64,000 nt of DNA from an uncultured delta proteobacterium (lineage in GTDB: Bacteria; Desulfobacterota; Desulfobacteria; Desulfobacterales; B30-G6), in assembly GCA_963823335.1 (NCBI GenBank), contig CAWGLD010000006.1, positions 64,001 through 128,000 on the forward strand. Reading direction: 5' to 3'. Numbering within the stretch: the stretch's first letter is position 1; each line of letters starts with the position of its first letter. Positions 38,840-49,218 of the stretch are shown here, piece by piece. The notes below the pieces were generated by a model. It did no database searches and was not told the DNA's origin. It was given only the letters and a program-made list of their open reading frames with translations. The position numbers were made by a program, and so were the translations under genes.

Positions 38840-40132
38840 TTATACAGGTCTGTTGTCAAATACACGTTTAGATTTTCGCTCCGACCTCGGCAAGGAGCAG
38901 GTATCGAGCAACTCTACTTCGCAGCTTACCATGATACTGTTTTTAATTTTACGACAAATGGAAGCCTCGAGTTCCCTGGCCTGTTCGGCGTCGGTATCTG
39001 ATCCACATTCCACACGAAGCGTCATGGTATCTTTACCGTTTGATTCCCGTTCAAGTATCACCTGGTACTCACAGGATATTTCAGGTATGGAGGAAAGAAC
39101 TTCATCAATCTGGCCCGGATAAATGTTAACGGCCCGGAAAATAATCATATCGTCCGAACGCCCCAAAATGCTGTCATGCATGGGAAGCAGGTTGCCGCAA
39201 GAACAGGGTGACGGTATCATGCGGGTCAGATCTCGTGTACGATACCGTATCAAGGGTGATGCCTCCTTGCACAGGGTCGTAACCACCATTTCACCGACCT
39301 CACCCTCGGGTACCGGTTCCAGGGTTTCCGGATCGAGAATTTCAAGGAGGTAATAATCGGCCCAGTAGTGAATACCTTCATGCCGGGAACATTCAAGACC
39401 GGTGCCTGGTCCATAGAGCTCGGTCATGCCCGGGATATCAAACATGTCTTCCAGGCCAAGCAAGGTCTTGATACGCTGACGCATGGCATGACTACTTCTT
39501 TCAGACCCGAAAATCATTTTCTTTAAGACTATTTTATCTTTCAGATGCCGTCTTTCGATCTCTTCCGCCATGAGAAGAGCCATGCTTGCGGTGCAACACA
39601 TAACCGTTGTTTGCAGATCCACCAGAAACTGACACTGCATATCGATATTTCCAGGCCCGATGGGCAGCGCCATGGCACCGAAACGTTCACAGCCAAGTTG
39701 AAAGCCGACTCCCGCTGTCCAGACACCATAACCAACGGCGATCTGAACACGATCCTCCTGGGATAGTTCAGCCATTTCGTAGCAACGCGCAAAAAAATGG
39801 CCCCAGTCATCGACATCTTTGCGGGTGTATGCCAGAATTTTTCGTTTTCCGGTGGTACCCGACGATGCATGAATCCGAACCACTTCGGATTCTGGGACAG
39901 ACAAGAGGGGCAACGGGTACCCGTTTCGTAAATCCTCTGCGTTTGTAAAGGGCAGTTTTCGGATATCGTCCAGTGTGTGGATATCTTGCGGAGTTACCCC
40001 TGAGAGATCCATCATCTTTTTGTAAAATGCGGAACCCTCATACACATGGGATGCTGTCCATTGCAGGCCCTTCAACTGGTGTGCTTTCAACTCGTCTCGT
40101 GATTGAAAAGCCGGCATAAATGTTCTACTCAT
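38840..40132 (-). CDS. Arylacetate-CoA ligase (PaaK-like)
   Basis: HASSGTTGK, GMTELYGPG, RYRTRD, GRSDDM. Confidence 0.9.
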   Translation of the reverse strand: MSRTFMPAFQSRDELKAHQLKGLQWTASHVYEGSAFYKKMMDLSGVTPQDIHTLDDIRKLPFTNAEDLRNGYPLPLLSVPESEVVRIHASSGTTGKRKILAYTRKDVDDWGHFFARCYEMAELSQEDRVQIAVGYGVWTAGVGFQLGCERFGAMALPIGPGNIDMQCQFLVDLQTTVMCCTASMALLMAEEIERRHLKDKIVLKKMIFGSERSSHAMRQRIKTLLGLEDMFDIPGMTELYGPGTGLECSRHEGIHYWADYYLLEILDPETLEPVPEGEVGEMVVTTLCKEASPLIRYRTRDLTRMIPSPCSCGNLLPMHDSILGRSDDMIIFRAVNIYPGQIDEVLSSIPEISCEYQVILERESNGKDTMTLRVECGSDTDAEQARELEASICRKIKNSIMVSCEVELLDTCSLPRSERKSKRVFDNRPV

Positions 40133-40187
40133 TTCACACCTCCTTCATCAAGATCTCGGCACATCTCTTCGGGAGAAATCGCGCAGT

Positions 40188-41954
40188 TCAGGTTTCCAGT
40201 GATGTTTGATCATCGCTCATGGAAGCGCGCAGTCTCCGGGTAGCATCTTGATCGGCTCTGAGAGACCCTGTGTCGATTACCACGCCATAATCGCTTTTAG
40301 CCTTTTCAACACTTACATATCCATATCTGACATCTCTTTCCACCGCAGGGATATCTCTTTCCAACGGGGCACCGAAACCACCTCCTCCGGCGCTCTGAAA
40401 ATCAATGGTGTCACCCGGGTCGCAAAGCGTCAGGCCACTGGGGTCTCCGGGATGATCGTTTTTCAGAAAGCGGGCCTTGGAGCCGTTTTTCCCGCCGAAT
40501 ATCCCCCTAGGCGGGTATCGAAAACGACCAGCCTGAACGGCAATGGCTACCGGTGGCTCTGGTGCAAGAGCATCATCCGGAACACGGACGCGCATGCGGC
40601 GGCCCAAACCACCCCTCTGCTTTCCGGCACCGCCTGAATCACAGATGAGTTCCCGTGCAAGCACCATCAGAGGTGTGTCGCTTTCCAGGATTTCAACCGG
40701 TGTGTTGGCACCATTGGCGGGGAAAATGGCACACTGGTGTCCATCTTTGGCCCGGCTCGCCCCCAGACCACCGCCGCGAATAATCATGGTGTGAAATGGT
40801 TTCCCGTCATGCCGTTTTCCATAAAATATATTGGTTTGGGCCGGTGTCCCGCCGCTGTCCGCAATTATCCGGTCCGGGACGGCAATGGAAAGCGCCCTGA
40901 AAACCATTTCGGTCATAAAATGACCTACCTGCATGCGTGCGGCAACGGCAGCCGGGAACCGGCAGTTAACAACGCTGCCCTCGGGTGCCGTCATGGTTAC
41001 CGGGCGAATGGCGCCTTCATTTATAGGAAGATCCGGGTCGAAGACACTTTTGATGGCCATAAAAACATAGGCATAGGTGAAGTTATAGACAACATTGACC
41101 CCCCAGTTGACCTGGGGAGATGTGTTTGAAAAATCAACCTGAATGTCACTCCCATTTACCGCAACTGTCAGACAGATATGAATGTCATCACGTTTTCCCG
41201 CCCCCTCGATGACGCCCTCGTAGGGGTATACACCATCGGGAATACGATCGATCGCCTGCCGCATACTCTGCTCGGTTCTCTGAATGATTTCATCGGCGAG
41301 TCCTTCGAGGTTATCGAGACCTTCATCCGCCAGCATTTCAATAATTTTTTCACCGCAGACATGATTTGCCGCAACCTGTGAGCGGATGTCGCCGGTAACC
41401 TCCTCGGGTGTTCGAACATTCCAGCGAATCATCTCGAGGACATCCTTATTCAGTACACCCGCATCGTACAGTTTGACACGGGGAATAAAAAGACCTTCTT
41501 CAAACACCTCACGATTATCAGACGATACCCGTCCGCCGATATCCGAGTGATGAAACACACACGCCGTAAAGGCCACCGGTCGTTTCTTGTAGAAGATGGG
41601 GCTCAGGACGCAGACATCGTTCAGATGGCCTGCCAGTAACCACGGGTCGTTTACGATGATCACGTCACCGGGGTGATATTCACTCAAGGGCAGTGCTTGA
41701 ATCACTTTTTTTACACCCAGCGCCATGGCACCGGCTTGTCCCGGCGTACAAAACGTGCCCTGAACCAGTTCTTGGCCCCTGTGATCTGTAAACATGCATG
41801 TGTAATCATGGGCATCACGCAGCAGGCTCGAAAAGGCTGTTCTGGCAACCGATGCATCGGCTTCATCCACGATGGATATGAGACGACGCCAGAGAATTTC
41901 GAGACGAATGGGATCGAATATCGATTTGATTGGGTGGCTTGATTCAGGTGACAT
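40188..41954 (-). CDS. Hydantoinase B/oxoprolinase-family subunit
   Basis: HDYTC, NDPW-GHLND, HHSDIGG, NTPVE, GGGGFG. Confidence 0.92.
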   Translation of the reverse strand: MSPESSHPIKSIFDPIRLEILWRRLISIVDEADASVARTAFSSLLRDAHDYTCMFTDHRGQELVQGTFCTPGQAGAMALGVKKVIQALPLSEYHPGDVIIVNDPWLLAGHLNDVCVLSPIFYKKRPVAFTACVFHHSDIGGRVSSDNREVFEEGLFIPRVKLYDAGVLNKDVLEMIRWNVRTPEEVTGDIRSQVAANHVCGEKIIEMLADEGLDNLEGLADEIIQRTEQSMRQAIDRIPDGVYPYEGVIEGAGKRDDIHICLTVAVNGSDIQVDFSNTSPQVNWGVNVVYNFTYAYVFMAIKSVFDPDLPINEGAIRPVTMTAPEGSVVNCRFPAAVAARMQVGHFMTEMVFRALSIAVPDRIIADSGGTPAQTNIFYGKRHDGKPFHTMIIRGGGLGASRAKDGHQCAIFPANGANTPVEILESDTPLMVLARELICDSGGAGKQRGGLGRRMRVRVPDDALAPEPPVAIAVQAGRFRYPPRGIFGGKNGSKARFLKNDHPGDPSGLTLCDPGDTIDFQSAGGGGFGAPLERDIPAVERDVRYGYVSVEKAKSDYGVVIDTGSLRADQDATRRLRASMSDDQTSLET

Positions 41955-41997
41955 AAATCAGTTTTATCCTATATGTAACAATGGATGATAAAAATAG

Positions 41998-42074
41998 TTT
42001 TAAGTGTTAGGTTTTAAGTTTTAAGTTCCGCTAATGGCTGTTAGCTAACCTAACACCTAAAACTTAAAACCTAA
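41998..42074. repeat. Inverted heptamer array (TTTTAAG/CTTAAAA type); related array at ~46019-46098
   Basis: TTTTAAGTGTTAGGTTTTAAGTTTTAAG...CCTAACACCTAAAACTTAAAACCTAA. Confidence 0.7.
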
Positions 42075-42079
42075 ATCCG

Positions 42080-44176
42080 CTATAAATCTATCCACACAAA
42101 CCCATACGAATCCACCGTGCAGGCGGCATCTTCACCGATCACGATGGTGGATTCTCTCTCTTCTATAATTGCCGGTCCCTGAATAGCAGCACCTTGAAAG
42201 AGTTTCATCCGATCATACACCTCGTGAGGCAAAAACATCTTTCGCGTCAATGAAAATGCAGGGCGTGTTCCCTTCAGTGCATCTGTCAGCTGTCCTGTCT
42301 GCTTATCAAACCTGGGAAGTTGAAACGGTCTTTCCGGCTCACTGATCCGGACCTTGAATGTTACAAACTCGATCTGTGTTTCCGGATACGTTCGGCCATA
42401 GAGTTTCTCATAAGCCTGGTCGAAAAGATGACGAATATCAGAAATTTCCCACTCATAGAAAGGTTTGTTTTTCACGCTGAGATCAGTTTCGGCACCCTGA
42501 CCAATGAATCGCATCATAAGGGTTCTCTCAATACGCAAGGAATCGTCATCGATGGATTTTTGCAAAATAGCGGCACCCTCGGTCTCCAGGGTTTGGAAAA
42601 GATTCTCGATATAATCAAAATCGGCTTCGTCAAGTCTTACCCGATGACTCCTGGTCAGATCAAATGCCACCGGCGCTGTAAAAAATCCCAGAGCGGATCC
42701 AACACCTGCCAATGGGGGTACGAGTATTCTGGGTGCGTTGATCTTTTTTGCAAGCCCGTAGGCATGAACAGGCCCGGCGCCGCCGAAGGCCGAAATGGTG
42801 ACGATATTGGGGTTGCCGCCTTTTTCTGCAATGTGTGTTTTTGCTGCTGCGGCCATGGTTTCATTGATAAGGTCGTGGATGCCGAATGCGGCCTCCACCA
42901 GTGTGGTGCCCAGTGGTTTTGCAATTGTTTCCAGGATGGCATTTTCGGCAGCAGATTTGTCCAGTTTCATGCTGCCTCCCAGAAAATACTCCGGGTCCAG
43001 ATATCCCAGCACCAGGTCTGCATCGGTAACGGTCGGGTTGGTCCCTCCCTTACCATAGCAGACAGGGCCGGGGTCTGCGCCGGCGCTCTCCGGTCCCACC
43101 TGAAGCAGACCCATGCCACTTATCTTTGCCATGCTGCCACCGCCGGCACCGATTTCCATCAGATCGACAACCGGAACCTGAATGGGCAGTCCGCTGCCTT
43201 TTTTGAATCGCTGCACCCTTCCCACCTCAAAAGTGGAAACCATGCCTGCCTGCCCTTTTTGTATCAGACACGATTTAGCGGTGGTACCACCCATGTCAAA
43301 ACAGAACATGTCCTTGATCTGAAACAGGCCGCCATAGTGCTGGGATGCGATCACGGCAGCCGTAGGGCCAGATTCTATAATACGTACCGGATATTTACTG
43401 GCGGTTTCGATGGAGGTAATTCCGCCGCTGGATAGCATGATGAAAAGTTTTCCATTAAATCCTAGGGAGTTCAGTCTTGAAGAAAGTTTTTCAAGGTACT
43501 TGGATGTTATGGGCTTAACATATGCGTTCGTGACGGTTGTGCAGGTTCTTTCATATTCACGAATTTGGGGCAGAACCTCGAATGAAGTGGATAGTGAAAG
43601 TCCTGGTGCGAGCTTTTCTATCTCGGCTTTAACTGCTTTTTCGTGAATCGGGTTTTCAAAGGAATTGAGAAGACACACCGCCAAAGACTCGATCTGCATT
43701 TCCTGTAGTTCCTGCAGGACCGCAGCGATATCCTCTACCTGAATCGGCAGCAGGACTCTGCCGTCGCTGGCCACACGTTCGGCGATTTCCTTTCTGAGAA
43801 ACCGGGGAACCAGGGGCTCAGGATATTCCGCAAAAATATCATAGGCATCATAGCGAAGTTCTCTACCAAGTTCCAGCACATCTCTGAAACCCTGGGTGGT
43901 TATGAGGCCGGTCCTGGCACCTTTTCTTTCGATGATGGCATTGATAACCAGGGTGGTCCCATGAATAAATTCATCCGTAGAGGCCATAAATTCAGGGGCA
44001 TTGATTTCGAGCTGGCCAACGCCCTCTGCAACGGCGGTGGATGGATCCGAGGGGGTTGTCAAACACTTGTGCGTCTGGAATTCACCGGTCTGGTCATTCA
44101 CCAGTACAAAATCCGTAAATGTGCCGCCGATATCACAGCCCAAACGAAAGGCATTTTTCTTCACGTCATTCTCCAA
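42080..44176 (-). CDS. Hydantoinase A/oxoprolinase-family ATP-binding subunit
   Basis: DIGGTFTD, HGTT, ESGP, DMGGTT, IGAGGGS, SAGADPGP. Confidence 0.93.
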   Translation of the reverse strand: MENDVKKNAFRLGCDIGGTFTDFVLVNDQTGEFQTHKCLTTPSDPSTAVAEGVGQLEINAPEFMASTDEFIHGTTLVINAIIERKGARTGLITTQGFRDVLELGRELRYDAYDIFAEYPEPLVPRFLRKEIAERVASDGRVLLPIQVEDIAAVLQELQEMQIESLAVCLLNSFENPIHEKAVKAEIEKLAPGLSLSTSFEVLPQIREYERTCTTVTNAYVKPITSKYLEKLSSRLNSLGFNGKLFIMLSSGGITSIETASKYPVRIIESGPTAAVIASQHYGGLFQIKDMFCFDMGGTTAKSCLIQKGQAGMVSTFEVGRVQRFKKGSGLPIQVPVVDLMEIGAGGGSMAKISGMGLLQVGPESAGADPGPVCYGKGGTNPTVTDADLVLGYLDPEYFLGGSMKLDKSAAENAILETIAKPLGTTLVEAAFGIHDLINETMAAAAKTHIAEKGGNPNIVTISAFGGAGPVHAYGLAKKINAPRILVPPLAGVGSALGFFTAPVAFDLTRSHRVRLDEADFDYIENLFQTLETEGAAILQKSIDDDSLRIERTLMMRFIGQGAETDLSVKNKPFYEWEISDIRHLFDQAYEKLYGRTYPETQIEFVTFKVRISEPERPFQLPRFDKQTGQLTDALKGTRPAFSLTRKMFLPHEVYDRMKLFQGAAIQGPAIIEERESTIVIGEDAACTVDSYGFVWIDL

Positions 44177-44236
44177 TTATTTTTTGCACCAAACGATTAG
44201 GACATAATTCATGAAACACGCATGTGACGCAATAAC

Positions 44237-44336
44237 GCTGGGATGCCTGGAGGCCTGGAGGCTGGGAAGCTGCTAACAGGCGATAACTCTCAGCCCCCTC
44301 CAACCCTTGTATCACCCTCGGACCCTTGTACCCTCT
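44237..44336 (-). repeat. Composite octamer-array element, copy C
   Basis: Reverse-strand core GGCTGAGAGTTATCGCCTGTTAGCAGC flanked by octamer runs. Confidence 0.65.
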
Positions 44337-45971
44337 CTAGAAGATGCCCGGCTCTTGCCACTCCCCAAAAATATCACGAAGAACGGCAGTCATCTCCCCG
44401 ACAGTGGCATATTCACGGCAGCAGTCCACCAGCAAGGGCATGACATTGTCCCCCTTTCTGGTTCCCTTGTCGAGTTCTTTTAAGGTGCGGTTCACTGCCT
44501 GGTTGTTACGAGAGCCCTTTAAATCCTGTAGACTTTTGATCTGTTTTTCAACCCAGGCTTCGTTATGCTCGTGAAGTTCCACATCAGGGCCGGTTTCGTC
44601 AACGTCGGTGTATTTATTTAAACCGATCTTGATATATTCCCCACTTTGCAGTCCTTTTTCATATTCATAAGCCTGCTGGGCCACTTTTCTCTGTATATAA
44701 CCGGATGAAACTGCAGCAATCATACCACCGACGTGCTGGATAGCTGTCCTTTCCTCCTGAACTTTGTCTTCCATCTGCTTGGTGAGCGTTTCGATAAAAT
44801 AGGATCCCGCCAAGGGGTCCACAGTGTCCCTCAGACCGACTTCATCCATGATGATTTCAAGCGTTCTGAGAGAAAGCAGAGCTGCACGAGGTGTGGGGAT
44901 GGTGTATGCTTCATCAAAGGAGCACAGCGCGGTTGTCTGGGCGCCACTGAGTGCGGCACCGAGAGCATAGAAGGCACTTCTCATGATGTTGTTTTCCGGT
45001 TGCTCTTTTGTCAGACCGCTGCCACCGCCACCAAAAAGGCCCCGTAAAAAGAGTTTCTTTTTATCCTGAATACCGTATTCATCCCTCAACATCCGGGCCC
45101 AAAGCTTTCTGGCTGACCTGAATTTGGCTATTTGCTCCCACAGGTTTCCAAAGACATTCAGGTTGAAGGAAAAACGCCCCACAAAATCTCCTACATCTAT
45201 ACCTCGCGCCGCTACATTGTCTATGTAGGATTTTGCAATTTCAAAAGCACAGGCGATTTCCTGTGAGGGTGTCGCACCTGATTCCCGGATGTGATAGCCG
45301 CAGACACTCACCGGATTGCACCTGGGCAGCGCTTTCATGCTGTATTCAATACTGTCGCCAACCAGCCTAACGGCATGTTCAACAGGAAATATCCAGGCCC
45401 CGCGACCAATCATCTCCTTCAGGATATCGTTCTGGGGGGTGGCGCTGATACGGTCTATGGCATAACCGGTTTTTTCTGCAAGAGCCTGATACATGGCCAG
45501 CGTGATACATGCAATGGCGTTGATGGTGAGCCCAGTACCAATCCGATCGAGGGGGATACCGTCAAAGGCGATTTCAAAATCCCGCAGAGAATCGACAGCC
45601 ATACCAACGCGACCGACCTCTCCGGCAGCAAGTGGACTGTCGGAGTCCAATCCCATCTGTGTCGGAAGATCAAAGGCGACATTCAGCCCGGTCTGGCCGT
45701 GTGAAATCATATATTTAAATCGTTTGTTGGTCTCTTCCGGTGTTCCAAAACCGGTATACTGGCGTGTCGTCCAGGCCCGACTGCGATAACCCTGGGGGTG
45801 CAGACTCCGGGTGAACGGGTATTCCCCGGGATCACCCAGGTCCTTTTGATAATCGAAACCTACCGCCGTAAGATCATCCGGTGTGTACACAGGTTTGACT
45901 TTGATACCCGATTGATATTCAACCTCTGTGATGGCCCCTTTTTCATCTTTGATATATTTGGCAACACCCAT
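44337..45971 (-). CDS. Acyl-CoA mutase large subunit (methylmalonyl-CoA mutase family)
   Basis: PGEYPFTR, RQYTGFG, AFDLPT, QNDILKE, GYHIRESG, DPLAGSY. Confidence 0.92.
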   Translation of the reverse strand: MGVAKYIKDEKGAITEVEYQSGIKVKPVYTPDDLTAVGFDYQKDLGDPGEYPFTRSLHPQGYRSRAWTTRQYTGFGTPEETNKRFKYMISHGQTGLNVAFDLPTQMGLDSDSPLAAGEVGRVGMAVDSLRDFEIAFDGIPLDRIGTGLTINAIACITLAMYQALAEKTGYAIDRISATPQNDILKEMIGRGAWIFPVEHAVRLVGDSIEYSMKALPRCNPVSVCGYHIRESGATPSQEIACAFEIAKSYIDNVAARGIDVGDFVGRFSFNLNVFGNLWEQIAKFRSARKLWARMLRDEYGIQDKKKLFLRGLFGGGGSGLTKEQPENNIMRSAFYALGAALSGAQTTALCSFDEAYTIPTPRAALLSLRTLEIIMDEVGLRDTVDPLAGSYFIETLTKQMEDKVQEERTAIQHVGGMIAAVSSGYIQRKVAQQAYEYEKGLQSGEYIKIGLNKYTDVDETGPDVELHEHNEAWVEKQIKSLQDLKGSRNNQAVNRTLKELDKGTRKGDNVMPLLVDCCREYATVGEMTAVLRDIFGEWQEPGIF

Positions 45972-46104
45972 CTGTTCACCTTTTTTTTGAGCGGTAAGAC
46001 GTAAGCACGAACGTTATTGTTTTAAGTTTTAGGTTTTAAGTTTTAGGAAGACCCAAGCGAGACGATCGTATTTTTCAATGTCAAAACGTAACACCTAAGT
46101 ACCA

Positions 46105-46503
46105 TCATTTATTGCTGATTTCTTTTATTCCTTCAATCATAACGTCAAAAAGGGTTCCACCTGGATAGACGCCTTTGATGCCCATTTGCTCAAGTTTCAC
46201 GATGTCGCGTGCAGGTATGACACCGCCTACCACAACCCCGGTGGACTCAATGCCTTCCTGTGTCATCATCGCGAGAAGCTTTTCACAGATGCTAAGGTGA
46301 GCACCAGACATGATACTGAGCCCAATGATGTCAACGGCTTCCTGAACAGCTGTTCTTACAATCTGCTCAACCGGTTGATGAAGCCCGGTGTATACCACCT
46401 CCATGCCCGCGTCCCGAAGTGCCAGTGCAACAATCTTTGCGCCTCTGTCATGACCATCCAATCCAGGTTTTGCAATGAGTATTTTTATTTTTTTATCGCG
46501 CAT
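46105..46503 (-). CDS. Cobalamin-binding small subunit of the mutase
   Basis: KPGLDGHDRGAK (DxHxxG), SIMSGAH, GGVIP. Confidence 0.95.
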   Translation of the reverse strand: MRDKKIKILIAKPGLDGHDRGAKIVALALRDAGMEVVYTGLHQPVEQIVRTAVQEAVDIIGLSIMSGAHLSICEKLLAMMTQEGIESTGVVVGGVIPARDIVKLEQMGIKGVYPGGTLFDVMIEGIKEISNK

Positions 46504-46556
46504 AAGAAAATCCTTTTATAATTCAGGTTAATCAGACTGTATAGCCTGTCAGTCTA

Positions 46557-46702
46557 TAGAAGCCATCTCAAAAAAAGGGTTTTGGCTCAAGTTCAAGGCG
46601 GGCCCGAACTTCAACCCGCAGGCATACTGAAGTATTCCGAGGAGTTGAAGCAAGGGACCAACACAGAAATTGGATCAAAAAACTTTTTTGAGATAGCTTA
46701 TA
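46557..46702 (+). mobile_element. 146-bp MITE-like element, copy 4 (slightly diverged)
   Basis: Same element; right TIR ends GATAGCTTATA. Confidence 0.88.
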
Positions 46703-46722
46703 GTCTATCCACCTGAGGGGTC

Positions 46723-47421
46723 CTAGCTCAACTCGTCATACGATTCCATTACCGCTTTCTTCCCACGGGCCAAATGCTCCCGGACAAGATTTTCAACACC
46801 GTCCGCATCTCGCTGTCTGATGCGGTCGAGCATATCTTTATGATCCTCATTGCTCATTTTCGCCAGTTTCTCATTTCTCAGTATCAGCTGTCGAAATCGA
46901 TAGATCTGATCGCGCAGATTATTGATCATATGGATCAGCTTCGGGCTTCTGCTCAAGGCATACAATAGATCGTGAAAATCTGTGTTGATGTCGGGAAGCG
47001 CGTCGAGATCTTTATTATCCAAATGTTTCTGATATATCTTGATCTTTTTCTCAAGAGGTTTAAGGTCTGTCGGACGATGCTTTTCGGCAGCTAATCGTGC
47101 TGCATAGCTTTCCAGAACGCTTCGAATACCGAATGTTTCTTCTACGTCCTCCCGGCTGAGCCCCAGCACATTGAAGCCACCCCGGGGAAGTTTTCGTAAA
47201 TAGCCTTCTCTTTCCAGTTTGTGGATAGCTTCTCTGACCGGTGTCCGGCTGATGCCGAGCGTTTCTGCCAAACGACTTTCGATGAGCCTTCCGCCCGGTG
47301 GCACATCACCTTTGATGATCGCGTTTTTCAGATTCTCGAACACATGCTGTCCGAGTGATTTTCGTTGACCGATTTTATCGAGTTCTTCCAATCCTGTGCC
47401 GCTGTCTTTTTGGGAACCCAT
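46723..47421 (-). CDS. GntR-family regulator with FCD domain
   Basis: GISRTPVREAI HTH; N-x-x-FH...EH...H FCD motif. Confidence 0.93.
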   Translation of the reverse strand: MGSQKDSGTGLEELDKIGQRKSLGQHVFENLKNAIIKGDVPPGGRLIESRLAETLGISRTPVREAIHKLEREGYLRKLPRGGFNVLGLSREDVEETFGIRSVLESYAARLAAEKHRPTDLKPLEKKIKIYQKHLDNKDLDALPDINTDFHDLLYALSRSPKLIHMINNLRDQIYRFRQLILRNEKLAKMSNEDHKDMLDRIRQRDADGVENLVREHLARGKKAVMESYDELS

Positions 47422-47470
47422 GGTCTATCCCTGCTGTTTTCAATTGCCCCAACATCTGTTATAACAAGCG

Positions 47471-48661
47471 CTATATGACGCCTCTGCTTTTCAGAGCTTC
47501 GAGAGTTGCTGGATCATACCCCAGTTTCTGACCATAAATTTCATTGTTATGCTCACCAAAGCGGGGTGGAAACGTAAGCTGGCCCCCGCTGTTTTTTATA
47601 AATGAAGTCATGATGGGTGGTGGTGACAACGTAATTTGTTGGGAAGTGATGGGATCTTTGGCGAAGAGCAATTGTTTCTTGACCAATGGGTCTTGAATGA
47701 CATCCGTGATGGACTTGATCTTGCTGACAGGGACCGTTATGGACTGTAAGAGTTCGATAAGATCCTCGGAGGTCATTTCTTGGGTGATGGCATTCATGGC
47801 CTTATTCAAATTTGTAACATCCTGTATTCTACCGGAATTTTTCTCGTATTCTGGTTTGTCAAGGGATTTGAACATTGATTGCTTCACCAGCGTCTTCCAC
47901 TGTCGATCATTTCCGACCGCCATATAAATAAAGCCGTTTTGGGTTTTATAAACCGAAACAGGACAAAAAAATTCATGGGTGTTGCCTCTACGGGTAATTT
48001 TTTTTCCAAAACTGGACGTCAGGGTAATGGGAACCGTTAACCATGAAACAGAAGATTCGAACATGGACAAATCAATACGGCTCCCCTCTCCTGTGAATTG
48101 CTTTTTTAAAAGTGCTTTCATGAGGAGTCCGTAAGCATGTTCGCTGGTTCCCATGTCCGGCAGAGGTATGCCAAGCACCTGCGGATCACCATCCGCTGTC
48201 CCTGTGAGGTCCATCAGTCCTGATCTTGCCTGTAAAATCGGATCATAGGCACCCTCGTTGCTGTCCGGTCCGAATCCGGTGACACCCAGCCAGATGATGT
48301 CTTCCTTGACACTTTTGAGCCGATCGAAATCGATACCCAGTTTCTGATAGTTTTTTGGCAATTGATTGGTGATAAAGATATCGACGTTCAACGCATGAAT
48401 CAACCGATCAAAAATATCCCGTCCATCAGGATCGGCAAGATTCAGAGTTAAAGCCTTCTTTCCGGCATTGATACAAAGGTAATAGGCATTCATACGGTTC
48501 TCACTTAACACATTATCCCCGATCATCCTGTTAGGGTCTCCATAAACAGGGTGCTCCAGACGGATAATATTCATGCCGTCCTGGGCGAGTCGATAGGTAA
48601 GATACGGAACTACCGTGGCCTGTTCCAAGGATAACACCGTTATGGTTTTTAAAAAATCCAT
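47471..48661 (-). CDS. Class III (CaiB/BaiF) CoA transferase
   Basis: GDPNR, NAGKK, GFGPD, YDPILQARSG, GEHN. Confidence 0.92.
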   Translation of the reverse strand: MDFLKTITVLSLEQATVVPYLTYRLAQDGMNIIRLEHPVYGDPNRMIGDNVLSENRMNAYYLCINAGKKALTLNLADPDGRDIFDRLIHALNVDIFITNQLPKNYQKLGIDFDRLKSVKEDIIWLGVTGFGPDSNEGAYDPILQARSGLMDLTGTADGDPQVLGIPLPDMGTSEHAYGLLMKALLKKQFTGEGSRIDLSMFESSVSWLTVPITLTSSFGKKITRRGNTHEFFCPVSVYKTQNGFIYMAVGNDRQWKTLVKQSMFKSLDKPEYEKNSGRIQDVTNLNKAMNAITQEMTSEDLIELLQSITVPVSKIKSITDVIQDPLVKKQLLFAKDPITSQQITLSPPPIMTSFIKNSGGQLTFPPRFGEHNNEIYGQKLGYDPATLEALKSRGVI

Positions 48662-48744
48662 ATGTCTCTCCTTGATATGAAAATAGAATGTAGTGTAATT
48701 AGAGATTGCCTGTCAGTGGTGGGGCTTTCGCTGCTCAGTATAAT

Positions 48745-48761
48745 TTGTATACTGTATACAA
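48745..48761. promoter_or_regulatory. GntR-type operator palindrome in a divergent promoter
   Basis: TTGTATAC-T-GTATACAA next to a reverse-strand TTGACA; same motif at 57897. Confidence 0.75.
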
Positions 48762-48943
48762 GAAACTATTGTCAAGAATTGTTTGTGATGATATGAATGC
48801 TTTCTTGTATTGACTTTAAATTTAAGTGTACAGTAGGTGAGATTGAAGATTCCTTACAGCAAGCCACGGGGAATGCGCTCGCTGTTTCGGTTCACTGTTC
48901 GGTTCAGTAAATTTATCATCTCAAACGCAAGGAGGTTCATGTA

Positions 48944-49156
48944 ATGGCTGATGTTAATGCTCCCATGCCCGGAAAAATCTGCGAAGTAAAAGTCAGTCCT
49001 GGGGATACCGTTATAGAAGATCAGGAAGTTTTGGTTCTCGAAGCAATGAAAATGGAAATGCCGATTGTCGCAACGGCCGCCGGCACGGTTAAATCCGTCA
49101 ACTGTAGTGAAGGGGATGCGGTACAGGGTGGCGATGTCCTTATGGTCATTGATTGA
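48944..49156 (+). CDS. Stand-alone biotin carboxyl carrier protein (70 aa)
   Basis: APMPG, LEAMKME biotinylation motif. Confidence 0.94.
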   Translation: MADVNAPMPGKICEVKVSPGDTVIEDQEVLVLEAMKMEMPIVATAAGTVKSVNCSEGDAVQGGDVLMVID

Positions 49157-49218
49157 TTTCGTGACAGGCATTTTTTTCCGGTTATACGAGTTGGGGTTTA
49201 TAGCGAAAGGGGGCCGGC

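Noticed and set aside
42320-43435. Long antisense ORFs (also 31760-32650, 13093-13899, 14208-14924)
   Set aside because: Shadows of well-supported genes on the opposite strand, with no recognisable motifs.
40188-44176. Acetone/acetophenone carboxylase or housekeeping 5-oxoprolinase
   Set aside because: Only two subunits are present, and the mutase and molybdoenzyme neighbours fit lactam hydrolysis better. Not formally excluded without a tree.
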